A stretch of DNA of 63,421 bases, filler included, from Nemertoderma westbladi (GCA_032718475.1; 4 parts of 4 records of this genome joined end to end with filler, not necessarily neighbours in it), one strand, 5' to 3'. Shown: positions 49,831 to 63,421, counted from the whole stretch's first letter. The notes: a model not told the origin generated them from the letters alone. Program-made: numbers and translations.

Positions 49831-49889
49831 CGTTCTACGTTCTGTTTTTCTACAGCTGGAAGCACATCTTAGTAGGCTAAATCTGATCT

Positions 49890-51447
49890 ATGAACTTCAG
49901 TCCGGTTTTCGTAAATCATATTCTACAGACACCTGCCTTATTAACTTAACAGATACAATTCGATGTAATAACGCAAAGGGTTTATATACCGGTATGGTAA
50001 TGTTGGACCTACAAAAGGCTTTCGATACTGTAGATCATGAAATTCTGCTTGGTAAGTTAGGCCTGATGGGTGTAGGTTCTATAGACTGGTTCAAGTCCTA
50101 CCTGTCAGACAGAGGTCAAACTGTAGTCATTAGCAAATCGCTGTCTACTGTACAAGAGATTACCTGTGGTGTACCGCAAGGTAGTATATTAGGTCCTCTG
50201 CTTTTTGTATGCTATGTAAATGATATGATAAGTAGTATAGATCCCGATTTTAAACTCATTTTATATGCCGACGACAGTGCTCTTATTTTCTCTCATAAAG
50301 ATCCTATCCATATTTCCCAAAAGTTAAGTGCAGTTCTAGAATCCTGTAATGAGTGGTTGGTTGATAATAAGCTATCCATTCACTACGGTAAGACTGAAAG
50401 TATTTTGTTTGGTTCCAAAAGAAAGTTAAAGAAGGTAACTAAGTTTGAAGTCACTAGTAATGGACATAAGATTGAAAATAAAAAGGAAGTTAAATATTTA
50501 GGCGCCACATTGGATAACTGCTTATCAGGAGAAAGTACAGTGAAAAATATTTTCTCGAAAGTTAACAGTAGGCTTAGGTTTCTATACAGAAATAAAAATA
50601 GTTTGAACACCGACTCCCGCAAGTTACTTTGCTCTTCTTTAATACAGTGTCACATGGACTATGCGTGCTCTTCTTGGTATGAAGGCTTAACCAAACAGCT
50701 TAAATGTAAATTACAAGTAGCTCAGAATAAAGTAGTACGATTTATTAAAGACTACAAACCTAGGCACCACCTAACTCCAGATGACTTTTCTGAATCTGGA
50801 CTACTTAACTTAGATAGTAGAGTTAAGCAGCTACGCCTTAACCATGTGCATAAAGTGTATAATGGTAAATGTCCCAATTACCTAAAACAAAAATTCAACA
50901 GAGTACGCGATACACACTCTTACAGTACCAGAGCTAGTGCTTCAAACTTCTACCTCCCGAATTGTAAATCCTTCGAGTCTGATACTTTCTTTTTTAACGG
51001 CATTAAAAATTGGAACGCTCTGCCTAATGAAATTAAAAACCTAGATAATCAACATTCTTTTAAATCTGCAGTTAAATCTCACCTCCGTGTGCAATGTAAA
51101 AATAGGTACAATAGTCCTACAGTAAGTTATTAGTTTATTAATTATTTACTATTTATACTGTAATTACGTTTTATAATAGATTGTTCTGTACATTACATCT
51201 TTATCGTTGAGTCGGACATTGTCACGCTCTCGGTTAAGTTGTACATGTACATAGTGTAATTACATTTTATATTGGTTTTAGGTTAGCGTAGTGTAATATT
51301 GTATTTGTAACCAAGTAACATAAAGGACCCCCTTGGAAATAAGCTGCAAAGCTTTAGGGGTAATCCTATATGTTATGTTGGACAATACCTTTATACCGGT
51401 ACATTGTTTGGTGTATTTGTTATTGTTTTTACATAATGTATAAATAA
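49890..51447 (+). mobile_element. 5'-truncated L2/Crack-type LINE; RT ORF 49994-51133 plus 3' UTR
   Basis: QSGFR..YSTDT precedes [39 protein letters not shown] and WNALP. A 3' stem-loop lies at 51324-51367, followed by AATAAA and the microsatellite tail. Confidence 0.92.
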
Positions 51448-52237
<790 letters not shown>

Positions 52238-52890
52238 GCGTAAGACAGTACGAGTCAAAGGCTTTTGTTCACCATTTCACAGACAGACAGACTGACTGAC
52301 AGACCGACCGACCTACAGACCCCTAAAATGTAACGGTAGGGAACATTTTTACCCCACAAAGAGACAGCAGGCTAAGGTTTCGCTAATATATTGAGTGGTT
52401 CGCTGCACAGTATGTTACAGGAAAATCGTAAAGCTGGCAATAGCCAATAAGTGAGAAGGATTTAATAACTAACTTTGAGTTTAGATTGTGAATATTTTTG
52501 GCACATAGAAGTTTTGCAATACTTATTTTTTGCGAATTAATTATTGTTATTCCGTCAATATTTTTCTGTTTGTAAGAGACACACTGTACAAACTACAAGT
52601 ACATAATAATTAATATACATATTAAGTTAATAACTAATTTATTTTAGTTTATTATTTTTATTCAATTACAAAGTATAATAATATCGCAGGCAGTAACGAC
52701 CAACTGAAATGTTTTGACATTTTTATAACTAAGAGGGGAATATTATTTGACAAATGGCCTTGTGATTTTTAGCCGGATGTATAAAATAAAACTTCGATAA
52801 TATCTTTTACCCTTTAATATAATAATTATCCACACCTTTTCAACATTACAACAATATTAACTCTTATTCATCTGACATAATAGTCCGTTA

Positions 52891-53226
52891 TTATTCATCT
52901 GACAAATAGTCCGTTATGCTTTCCTTCTTTGCGTCAAGAATGACCTCTGATATTTGTAGCATCAGTTCGCGACGCTGGGGTCTGCTTATATGTAAGATAT
53001 CCTCCGCCCATGCGAGGCATTCTGTCTTTAACCGTTTTTTCAACGGCGAATCGTCGTCCATCCTTGTCGAGACAGAGGACGTAGTTGAGGCACTTCTTAA
53101 TAATTCCCTCTTCTCGGCCGACGGAGGTTGAGGTTGCGGAGATGAAACTATTTCGATATCTTTGTTGGGAACTATTACGACCGGGGAATCTAATAATGGA
53201 AAAATTGTCATTACATGTAGAAACAA
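52891..53226 (-). CDS. Hypothetical protein fragment (basic PLKKRLK motif, BESS-like helical C-terminus)
   Basis: 111-aa ORF with coding-like composition in an AT-rich context. The homology is a guess. Confidence 0.3.
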   Translation of the reverse strand: MFLHVMTIFPLLDSPVVIVPNKDIEIVSSPQPQPPSAEKRELLRSASTTSSVSTRMDDDSPLKKRLKTECLAWAEDILHISRPQRRELMLQISEVILDAKKESITDYLSDE

Positions 53227-53869
53227 TTAGTTTTACGATTTTTGATTTACGATTGTTACTTATACGATTAGATCTCTGTCGTACTCGTAAATTAAAGGAC
53301 TCGATTAATTTTACTTTGGCTCTTCTTAGTTAGACTATTGTAAGAAAAAGCGTTAATGCAACGGTTCTAGAATGCAATTTATATACGTAGTGTTTTGATC
53401 ATTTCGTTTCACCAAGCATATCAACAATGCGGAGACTACAAATACTATGCTGTTTCATTGGGGGAAACCCAGGTTGATACACGAATGCAAAAATATCACA
53501 TATTATAATGCATAAATTACAAGTGTATAATAACCAAAACACCAAGCGGTCGTACTCTTTTAGTGTGAATTCATATTGATTAATACTGTAGTACTACAGT
53601 ATAAAAACAAAATATACGGGTTGTATATAAAATTCACATTATGTAGCAATATAATTACTTCGTCGCGATAGAATTGAAATTATCGCAATAAAATGAATGT
53701 CATCGTGATAAAATTTATGTTTGCGATATACAAACTAATTTTATCGGGCAAAATATATTATCATATGCAGTCTTTAAATAATTTTAAAACTCCAATTAAA
53801 TTGAAGTGGTAAAAGTATGCTATGTATATAGTATAATACTAACGATCATACGATGTTTTGTCAATTTTG

Positions 53870-56398
53870 TCAGTCTTCTTCGAGACGAACAAGAACAGCT
53901 TCTTTCGAAATGAAGTTATTGGACAAATTATCTACATTAGACCCACACTCTTGCATATTATTGTCACTGAAATATTTAATGGTTGCTCTAATTGAATCTA
54001 CAGAAGGAAGTGTTCGTTCCCAATCCCAAGCAAAATTTGGGGAGCATGAAGGATCGTCAATACTATTCGAATCATCACTGTGGAGTTTTTGCATAATATT
54101 GATTTCTGGAACATTACTATTGGAATTACCTAACAGTTGGAATGAAGCGAGTAACGATGAAACTTCTTCAGAAGGATCATTTATTACATCTAAATCACTA
54201 TCTTCATTCTCAGGTTCATTATTACATTCGGCGATATCATCTTCTGTATCTTCCTGTTCATCCTCCTGTCTGAGGACGATTTGCTGTTGTTTTGCTTCTT
54301 CCTGTCCTATGTAGTATTCTTGCATGTTTTCTAGAACATGACGATCTTCTAGAGTCATACCATCTATCTCATTATTATCCCATAATAAAAAACTTTCTGA
54401 CCATGATGGGGCATGACAAATATCCTTTGGTGATCTGAATGGTTTTGTAATTAATAAAGCTAGTTTAGCATAAAATTCAGATTGTCCATCATCTCGCTTA
54501 TCTGGTAATCGTGGCCCAATTATGTCTGGAATAACCATAATTTTCCTTTTTACTATACCGTGAGTTTGATGCTGTGGATGTGGTTCGATGAAACTATTGA
54601 CATTCTTCCTTGACTTCATCAGAACCTTCTCATAAAATTTAACAAAGTGATAAAAGCTTATTAGTGACAGATGTTCTGGTCGATAGCAATAATCATCGTA
54701 CTGGGTTATTGCCCAGTATTTTCCGGATGTTTTGTTAAGTTCTAAAGATGCTTCATGTTCTTGTTCATTAAGTATAGCTACAGCCTGGCCAAGTAGAAAC
54801 TTGCTGTATTCATGAGATACATAAGCCAAAACGCCCTTTCTTTCAATAAAATATGCAGCTAATGGTGCTGATATTTCTTGTTTTGCACTTATCGAATATA
54901 CAATACTGTTTATGAGCTTTGCAGCTGCAATATGTGATTCTTGTGTATTTATTTTCTCTAATTCCTTTTTTCGATCAAAGGCTGCAAGAATAAGTGCTGT
55001 CTGAGAATCTATATTCATTTGATTTTTCGTAATGTACTTCACTACATAAAATGCAAGAAGGGATCCAGATGCTCCGATTAATAATCTGCAGTCTTGGTTA
55101 CATCGTAAAATTTCCAAAAGAACTGGAACGTAGACATTAATCCATTCATTTCCAATAGGTCGTCGAATTTCTACTTTTCCATCTTGAAACTTTGTCACCA
55201 CTGTTGGTTTTCGTGGGAAATGAAACCGGCAATTTGAACCAGTTGCAACAGAAGATTTCTTGACACAAGATGCACGATGCTTCCAATCATGTAAGTTTAC
55301 CTTCTTAGCTATGATGGTTGTTATAATGTCTGCTCTTTTGCTGGGGAAATCACAAGGTTTGCAATCTTCAGGTGGTGTGGAGTTATTTATGATAACTTGC
55401 TCTTCTTCTTCAGTTATTTTAATGCCATCAGCGTAACCTTGGGCAAGCGCAAAAGCTATGAGTTCACTTGAAGTAAACTTAGTCTTACATGTTCGGCATA
55501 CTGCAACATTAGGTTCTTCCATACGTCCGAACGAACGTTTTTTCGCTTTACTGGACATCTCTAATTGTTCTAAATCGCGAGTGCAATTCAGGCATTTAGT
55601 TGTATTTAAGGGAACTGTACCACTCATTATAGCATCAGAGAATATCAAAAGTTCACGTTCTGGATCAGCTGATAACTTATTAAATTCTGCTGATGTTCTT
55701 GGCATTCCATGAACCCAGAGAAGCGAATGTAGATGAAGAGCACCACGTCCGGCAGCCTCTGGAACACCAAAGTAAGCTTGTAAAATTACCAAATAAACCA
55801 GGTTCGCCGGTCTTCCAGCCCAATATGTCATGGAATAATATCTGTTACCAAGCGATCAAAAAACTTAGCGGCAGCGTAGGGGTTCCTACCCAACAGCAGC
55901 GAATCGTTCCGAAGAAGTGGGAAAATTATCATCTGGATTAAACTCCACAGATATTTCTTTACCACCAGAAGCAAAGCGAAATACAGTGAAGGAACCCATT
56001 TCATTCGGTGCAATCGTCAAAAATATATGAGGGTTGCCAAACTGAGCAATCATGTTGTACAGTTTCCGCCGTTCTTGAGAGCGCTGTTCATTTGAACCCC
56101 ATTTCATACCAGCAACGATTCTTATTTGCTTTCCCAGTATTCTGCCTCGTCCAGATTCAATATTTCTACCTTGAAGATAGTTACTTAATTCGTCTTTCGT
56201 AACTTCATTGATACTTTTCGATAAATCTGGAAGTTTACTCAGTCGAAGAGACGTTGTGCTAAGGGCTTGTTCCCTTGATAAAATATCAAACACCTGTAGA
56301 ATATTTTCAGGGGCTGACAATATTTGTGTGGATAAAACGAAGGATATGTCTATACCCCTCCACGTTTCCAACACCTTTAATTTCTCCAGGATCCCCAT
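53870..56398 (-). pseudogene. Helitron Rep (HUH endonuclease) region; one frameshift, helicase missing
   Basis: Motif 1 is GNPHIFLTIAP, motif 2 is YFGVPEAAGRGALHLHSLLW and motif 3 is FYVVKYITK. Also present are HDWKHRASC..CRFHFP, INVYVP..RCNQD, QEISAPLAA, DYCYRP and LITKPFR. ORFs are 55886-56398 and 53870-55831. Confidence 0.92.
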
Positions 56399-57202
56399 GT
56401 CCCAAACGGAAATACCTTTGGAAACATCAGTAATCTTGTTTCGGCTTTCCAGTCTGATAAAAGAGAACTGCTTCGTCGGAGAACAATATCGTCATTCTCT
56501 TCATCTTTGTCCAATCTTTCCAAAACCTTAGCGTGCGCACAAGCTGTTTGGACCTGACAAAAAAAAGGACAGAGTTTAGTTAGAAGTATATTTTATTGAT
56601 AAAGTAAAATAATTTTCTAAAATTTAAATTATCCTTATTTTTTATAAACACAAGTTGGAAAACCATAACAAACAAGTAACAATTACCTAATGATTTGAAG
56701 AAAATTCTTTATTTTGAAATAAAAATGAAAAGAAAATTTAATGATTTAAGAAAAAAAATAATGCGGTTTTATAGTACTGGGATGCGCCAACTAATAGCCC
56801 ATCTGGTCAAAAGATCTAGTCAATGTTGGTGCCTGAGGGGAAGAGAGGGGGGGGGGGGGGGGGGGGTGGGGTGGGGGGGGGGGGGGTGGATTTGGAAGAG
56901 TTTCAAAAATAATATAATATTGATATAATTATGAATTATTATTACTTGTAATTTTGAAGGTTGAGACTTGAGTAAAACTGTGGTCACTGTGCGCATGTTG
57001 TTTGTATCGTATTACTGCAGCGTTGCCTCGCCACCCGTAGGTGCATTTGTTCTTGAAATGGCACCCACGATAACCCGTAGCAACGAATTCACAATACTGA
57101 CCAGACCATTAGAAAACCACAGAGAATGGCTAGGGCTTCAGACCTGACATATGGGTTACGCGAGGCTCGAATCACCAACAACCATATCGTGCATTGTATT
57201 AA

Positions 57203-57242
57203 ACCTATCCGGCCTGGGCTATTTTACAACGTAATTGGCCCT

Positions 57243-57274
<32 letters not shown>

Positions 57275-57912
57275 TGGGGGCATTTTAGAAAATTTTAGAT
57301 CTCGGTTCAAAAAAATTACAATTTTGATGGTATAAGGATTTTCGAGGTCTCTGATTATGATAAAACTTGTTAAAAATATTTTCTGGTAATGCAACCATAA
57401 TTTTTGGTGCTATTCTGGTGCCCCAGAATGAAAATTACAAGTACCGGTAGCACAAAATCATAAACTGTTAAAAATTGCCTTTGGTTTGGTAATTCTGAAG
57501 CTATTCTGGTTTTCTAGGTCGCTAATCACGATACAACTCGTTAAAAAATCATTCATGGTAAAGCAATTCACATTTTTGGTGATTGTCTGATGGGGCGAAA
57601 AATACAAGTAGCATATAATTCAAAAGGCAAAAATCGAATTTGGTTCGATAATACGATATTTCGCAGTGTCATATTCGTGATCAGCGTCCCATAAAACCAT
57701 AATGTCGAAATATAAGTTTGATTTGGTTATAACTTTTGATTATCAAATTTGTGCTACTTGTATTTTTCGTGCCACACATTGACACATATCAAAAATGCCC
57801 TACTCAACTATGTAGGATATATTCTAGTGCCATATTCGTGATCAGCATCCCAAAAAACCTCTATGACCATTAAATTAATTTGATTTTGTCGTGATTTTTC
57901 ACTATCTATTTA
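57203..57912 (+). mobile_element. piggyBac-like repeat, left part, running into the gap
   Basis: ttaa-acctatccggcctgggctat..poly-G, homologous to 41076-41930. Confidence 0.65.
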
Positions 57913-58012
57913 NNNNNNNNNNNNNNNNNNNNNNNNNNNNNNNNNNNNNNNNNNNNTTAATTAATTAANNNNNNNNNNNNNNNNNNNNNNNNNNNNNNNN
58001 NNNNNNNNNNNN
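57913..58012. other. Assembly gap with TTAATTAATTAA linker
   Basis: N-linker-N, 100 bp. Confidence 0.97.
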
Positions 58013-59530
58013 CTGCTGTACCGTAAACTGCTTGAATTATCGAAAGTATAAACTGTTACCGCAAATTGATCAATCTTAATTAACATACTCACTTAATTTA
58101 ATTGCATTAATCATATTGTTTGTACTGTTATTTTACCGTCAGTTATTAATTGTAAATATTTGTTGATGGAAATATTGCTATTTGGATAATACGGATAAAT
58201 CACCCAATTCCCAATTTTCTTGATAACACTACAGGTTAGAGAGACCGGCTATACATAACAATTGCGATTTATATGAATGTGGTGTGTATTGAATCCAATG
58301 TTATTTAGCAGACCCTACGTGAGTCAATTACTGCTCTCTTTATGTGTGATCAAATATACTGACTGTCGGCAGAATAGTGTGTATGATTGTGATTGGTAAC
58401 AAAGTATTTCCTAAAGAATACGCTTTATACTTTAATCATAAGCAGTATCGTTGCGTTTAGTATAAGTCTTAGTTCTGTTTAAATAGATAAAGCGCCACGT
58501 CCTAAAGGAACTGTTAATATTTCCCGAAAGCCAATAATATCTGTCAGAGATTAATTATTAACGATCTATCGAATAATACATTAGGTATACACTGCAACCT
58601 TACACTGTAATAATACAATTCAAGCATCCGAATTCAGTCTCCCGGGTGTAGATCCATCGGGTGAATGATCGCGCATGGGCTGACTTCGGCTAATGTTTTG
58701 CGTATTAGCATAAATTATTGTCGTATGCTAAAGTGGTTTTAATTAACTAAAAGACATATAAATTTTGGCAGGTTAAACTGCTAAAGGTCTTCAAAAGCGC
58801 GAACATGAGTGCTTCAAAACATTGTTCGGGGTGTGCAGAAATGGCCATTCTAATGTTTCTAAAAAGGCCTAAAAATGGCACTTTTGCGACCAAAAAGTTC
58901 CCAAGGCTATTTCTTGACAATTTTGATTAGCCTATACTGAATTCAATTTCGCTGAATCGGTTCAATTTTATGGTTGCATCCAATGGCTATATAGTGATTT
59001 GAATCTCTGTTCCAAATTTTAATTGATTTCAATAACAATTGTTCAAGAAATAGTCTTTTACGTGAAAAAATACATTCTGAGATAAATGGGTTTAAAGTAA
59101 AGGAAAAATTCAAATTTTTCCGCTATTTTTGATAATAAAATAGTTCGACAGTACTTTGTCATTTTTTCATTATTCCTATATTTACCGTAACTAATAAAAC
59201 AACCTTTTGGAAATGTTATTCATTTGGGAGCCATTGTGATGAACAAGGCCATTATTCAACTTAAAAAATCGTGCTGCTCGGATGGTTGTCAAAATACCGA
59301 TTAACCCTTATGTTTTTAACCAATAAATCGAGTTTGCGAAAAAAGCATTAAAAAAGCTTGCAGATTTAAATATAGGGCCTAAATTAAATTAGGCACAAGA
59401 TAACATCATAAAAATGTTTTCCACTAAAAATATTTTAAACAATTTCCATAATTAAGGGCGATACCACCCCACTCATTACAATTTAGTCAATGTAGTGTAC
59501 TGTATTTAGTCACTTAAGTGTAGGCCTACA

Positions 59531-60089
59531 CTGCCGTCCTAAGGCAGACCCATGTAACTTGAATTTTGACGAAAATGAGATATTGGTATCATTTTAAAGC
59601 TTACGGCGAGCTCTATCTGGTGGTAGAACTTAAAAGGGGTTAAAAAGGGGGTAGAATGTAACTACATTATATGAATTTGTTAAGGCATGCCAAGGCAGAA
59701 CCATGTAACCCTAATGTGATAATGACACTCCATGTAACTATAAGCGTACACCATGTATCTCATGCGAGTTACATTGTTTTGGCTTAGGAACAGCTGTTGA
59801 AATTTATATACTGTAATTTACATGATGTAATATAATTAAACTGGTTAGAATTTGTAAGGTAAATCCATGTAACTCGAAAATCAAAATAAAATACATTTTT
59901 TAAATAGCTAGCTTAAGTTTGGAGCTCTAAGACTTTCTAGGTATTTAAATAAACTATTTGACTATAAACTTTAGTGTTGAAAATGTTCACACAGACATTC
60001 ACATGTTTTCGTGCAGATTCGTTAACTTTAGGTTGATTTTTCTCAAAACTCGATTTTTTGAGTTACATGGTTTTGCCTTAGGAGGGCAG
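59531..60089. mobile_element. MITE with 4-bp TSD TACA (Sola1-like)
   Basis: TIRs are ctgccgtcctaaggcagacccatgtaact and agttacatggttttgccttaggagggcag. TACA occurs at 59527-59530 and 60090-60093. Internal ccatgtaac repeats are present. Confidence 0.8.
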
Positions 60090-60130
60090 TACAGTACAGT
60101 ATAATAAATACAGTAATTGTACAAACTTAC

Positions 60131-60258
60131 CATGACATTGTAGATACTAATACCGACGAATTTAGAATCATTAATCTCCTTAACTTTTATATTTCGTGTA
60201 TCATAAGTGAGAAAAATACCCAGAAGCAACGATAAACCTTTGTAGCCCAATATTACGC
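60131..60258 (-). CDS. GABBR1: Internal exon of a GABA-B receptor subunit 1-like class C GPCR (TM5-ICL3-TM6)
   Basis: Encodes (G)VILGYKGLSLLLGIFLTYDTRNIKVKEINDSKFVGISIYNVM. It is bounded by a tttag acceptor and a GTAAGT donor. R1 versus R2 was judged from memory of the IKVKxIND motif. Confidence 0.8.
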
Positions 60259-60584
60259 CTAAAACAACAACCAATATGTTTGAATGTATGATTATGGGAA
60301 TAATAAGGACAGTTAAAGATACATAATAATATGGTAGTATGGATTCCTAGTAATATAGTAATTTAATGTACGATATAGAGTTTGTTATACACTGAGTGGG
60401 ACGCATCGTGTCACAATAATGTATGTAATTCGTATTAGTGTGTCCAGAATATTTGACAGCATCGCATTTTGTATCTTCATTGTGTTTTTCCTTTTAATGT
60501 TTTTTCCAATTGGACATTCTATTACGATTGTCGTGTTACCCAGAGTATCCATCCCCGTTTGTGCAATGCTTATGGTTATATACC

Positions 60585-60678
60585 ATACTGTAGATGTCAA
60601 TAACTAACTACTGTAGATGTCAATAACTAACTACTGTAGATGTCAATAACTAACTACTGTAGATGTCAATAACTAACT
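60585..60678. repeat. 23-bp tandem repeat, four copies
   Basis: (tactgtagatgtcaataactaac)4. Confidence 0.95.
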
Positions 60679-61724
60679 AGGTAACTAACTAACTATGGCG
60701 GTAATTTCAAACAGCTTATCTGAAATTATTTTCTAATAGATTAGAGGCCTGTTGTATGCTGATGCTGGTACTGTGGTATGTCAGTACGTACACCAGTACC
60801 GGTACTGCAGTACACAGTACGTGGTACGAGTACATGTACCTACTGTGTACTGACCCATGTCTGTATGTTCAGCAGTACCGACCGCCGCGACCGGTAGAGT
60901 AAACTGTAGGGCACGCACATCATGCCAGTGACCTGACCAATGTGTCCTTTTAGGTTTTACCTGCATTGTGATTGTTTTGATTTGCGAACACTGACTGACT
61001 AAACTCAAACATAATAAATTTACTGATACAGAGTACAGCTGACTGGCTGAATCCTGGATCGCTGAATGTAGTATAAAATTTTCGGCATTGGTATTAGTTA
61101 TTAAGTCGCCCCATTCTGCCATTTTGCATTTCAGCATTTGTCGGACCGCGGGCTCCCATTACAGCATTATTTTGGTAAACTATTGTAATAAAGGCTGAAA
61201 GGTAATTATAAAATGTTGACACTATCAGACTATCGCACTACACTGCTACAGGCAGACAGTACAGCCAGATCAGAATGCCCTATATTTTGTATGAAAACAC
61301 ACAGCCGTATATAGACCTCTGTCAACTGGTCAAGGTCAACTGCTGCATTGCATAGACAGATAGATATTGATTAGACTGTTTTTAGCTAGGGCTATCTGCC
61401 TATTCTGCTATTGCAGTATTGGTTGGTATCAAGGCGTCCTTTAGTTTCTGCCAAGGCAGCAAGCGCAAGCCAAGGATAGAAAGACTACACTGTGGCTGAT
61501 AATTTGTAGCGAAATTGCTTTCCATTAAGTCACTTCGACATAAGACATTTCGTTACACAATTTCCAGATTTCTGTATCGAAATGGCACGAAGTGTATGTT
61601 TACCTCTGGCTGCCCGGTCGTAGGCCTACGGTAATTGTATTTATAATATCTGCATTTTTTTTGTTGTGTCGTACTTAAGCGAGTGACTCTAACTAACTCC
61701 TTATACTGTTAGGCCTATAGAACG

Positions 61725-62579
61725 ATGCGTTACGGACAGCTGGTTGTCGGTCCTGCCGGCAGCGGGAAGTCGTCCTACTGTCACCTAATATCGGAACATT
61801 GTCGGACTATCGGCAGACCGGTTGCGATAGTAAACCTGGACCCGGCCGCCGAGTACTTCTGCTACACACCACAAGCAGACATTCGGGACCTCATCAGTGT
61901 CAATGACGTCATGGATGACTCAGAACTGCAGTTCGGACCCAATGGAGGTCTGGTGTTCGCCATGGAGTTCCTACTAAGTAACCGGGAGTGGTTGACAGAC
62001 ATTCTAGGGGATGATGACGACGACTACCTTCTATTTGACTGCCCTGGACAAATCGAACTTTATACCCATCTACCCGTAATGAACCAACTAATAGAATATT
62101 TAGAATCTTTAGATTTCAGACTTTGTGGAGTGTTTCTATTAGACTCACATTTCCTTTTAAACATACCTAACTTTTTTGGAGGGATGCTGACATCCCTGAG
62201 CACAATGATTCAATTAAATATATCTTTTGTTAACGTTATGACCAAATTGGATCTGTTGAGTCCCGCGGATAAACACAACTTAGATCGGTTTTTAGACCCG
62301 GATACTTGCGATCTAGTCGAAGATCCTGACGTGTATCTCCTCAATAAGAAACACAGTAAATTAACGGCTAGTTTATCTTCTTTGTTAGACAGTTACAGTT
62401 TAGTTCGATTCCTTGCTTTGGATTGCGATGACGAGGAAACTATAAAGGAGGTCCTGTTTTCTATAGATAACGCTATGCAATACGATGAAGACAAAGAGAT
62501 TAAAATCCCACGAGATGCTGATTTAGAAGAGGAAGGATTTAACGGGGGTAATGGAATTAATGATCTGTTTTCTATGTGA
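61725..62579 (+). CDS. GPN3: GPN-loop GTPase 3, intronless, 284 aa
   Basis: Has the MRYGQLVVGPAGSGKSSYC P-loop, NLDPAAE, FGPNGGL, FDCPGQIELYTH, TKLDLL and a C-terminal IDNAMQYDED. The ORF is full length and uninterrupted. Confidence 0.95.
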   Translation: MRYGQLVVGPAGSGKSSYCHLISEHCRTIGRPVAIVNLDPAAEYFCYTPQADIRDLISVNDVMDDSELQFGPNGGLVFAMEFLLSNREWLTDILGDDDDDYLLFDCPGQIELYTHLPVMNQLIEYLESLDFRLCGVFLLDSHFLLNIPNFFGGMLTSLSTMIQLNISFVNVMTKLDLLSPADKHNLDRFLDPDTCDLVEDPDVYLLNKKHSKLTASLSSLLDSYSLVRFLALDCDDEETIKEVLFSIDNAMQYDEDKEIKIPRDADLEEEGFNGGNGINDLFSM

Positions 62580-63421
62580 ATACCTGTTACCTTTCTTTGT
62601 TCAATTGATATCATCAAATATTATATTATAAGATTCTTAATTAAACTGGGGTTTTTATTGAAACAACATCACTTTTATCACATTAGTGATTATGCCTAGG
62701 CTATACATATAACACCAGAACACATAATACTGTATAACGTCATAATAAATACTATGAATTTATGGATAACACTTTTGTTCAATCATCTTAGATCTGATAT
62801 TTGCATCGATTTTCCTGTTTTTAACACCATAAGGTTTTCAACTTTGTTATTTTATATAGGTACCTTTTTATTCTTCTATTTCCAGCAATTTAGAAAATGT
62901 TAACTCGAACATGAATGTATTTTATTCTTATAACATATATGATAATTAATTACGTAATATTCGTATCTAATAATCCCAATTTTAGCAACAATTTGGCACA
63001 AATATGATATCGAAATTTAGGTTCTGTACATGGTTTGTTACACAAACGGATGTAGGGAGTAAGTTTAATAAAGCCACACGAGGATCAGAACATTGTACTA
63101 ACAAGTATGGATGCTGTTTTATTACATTATTTTTTAAAATTTACGAAATGAGTGATGATGAAAAACGGCATGAACTTTTTTGTTCAAATAAAATAAAGTA
63201 TATTTTTCAAATTTTATAATAGGAACTGAGTGAGCATCAGAATAGGAAAGGCTTGCACTGATTTTTACAACCCAAATTTTAGTGTTTGTAGTACCTTTGA
63301 TTAGGCTAGTCTAGTCTAAAAACGTAGGTATGTGTATACATAAACAACAATAGGAAAACAAGTATAAAACATCCATAAAATGTATCTTTAAGGGGGGGGG
63401 GGGGGGGGGGGGTACACCATT

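Noticed and set aside
60385-60607. Hydrophobic ORFs next to the GPCR exon as further TM exons
   Set aside because: The hydrophobic one is on the wrong strand, and the minus-strand frame has no recognisable GABA-B TM4/ECL2 motif.

Overview
This is AT-rich animal (probably invertebrate) scaffold DNA, mostly nested transposable elements, with three 100-bp assembly gaps that carry a TTAATTAATTAA linker. Host-type genes are an intact, intronless GPN3 (61725-62579, +), one spliced exon of a GABA-B receptor R1-like GPCR (60131-60258, -) and a decayed multi-exon G2E3-like HECT ligase (-). Retroelements include a Bel/Pao gag-pro-RT cut by an RTE insertion, a second deleted Bel/Pao, two Penelope-like elements, an intact 1049-aa L2/Crack-type LINE ORF and several LINE fragments. 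DNA elements include Helitron Rep and PIF1-helicase pieces, a hAT transposase fragment, and non-autonomous Academ-, hAT-, piggyBac-, Sola1- and pogo-like elements, several with readable TSDs. The most notable observations are: (1) a 4-kb palindromic Academ-like element built from two inverted 3' ends that splits a HECT exon; (2) a minimal hammerhead-ribozyme-like fold at 36179-36220; (3) TA-flanked micro-insertions that look like transposon excision footprints, two visible by comparing repeat copies within the window; (4) a hydrophobic N-terminal leader on the intact LINE ORF; (5) GPN3 apparently nested antisense in a GPCR intron. I found no firm evidence of a new multi-gene system. Family assignments come from motif recognition by eye, not database searches, and many boundaries are approximate.
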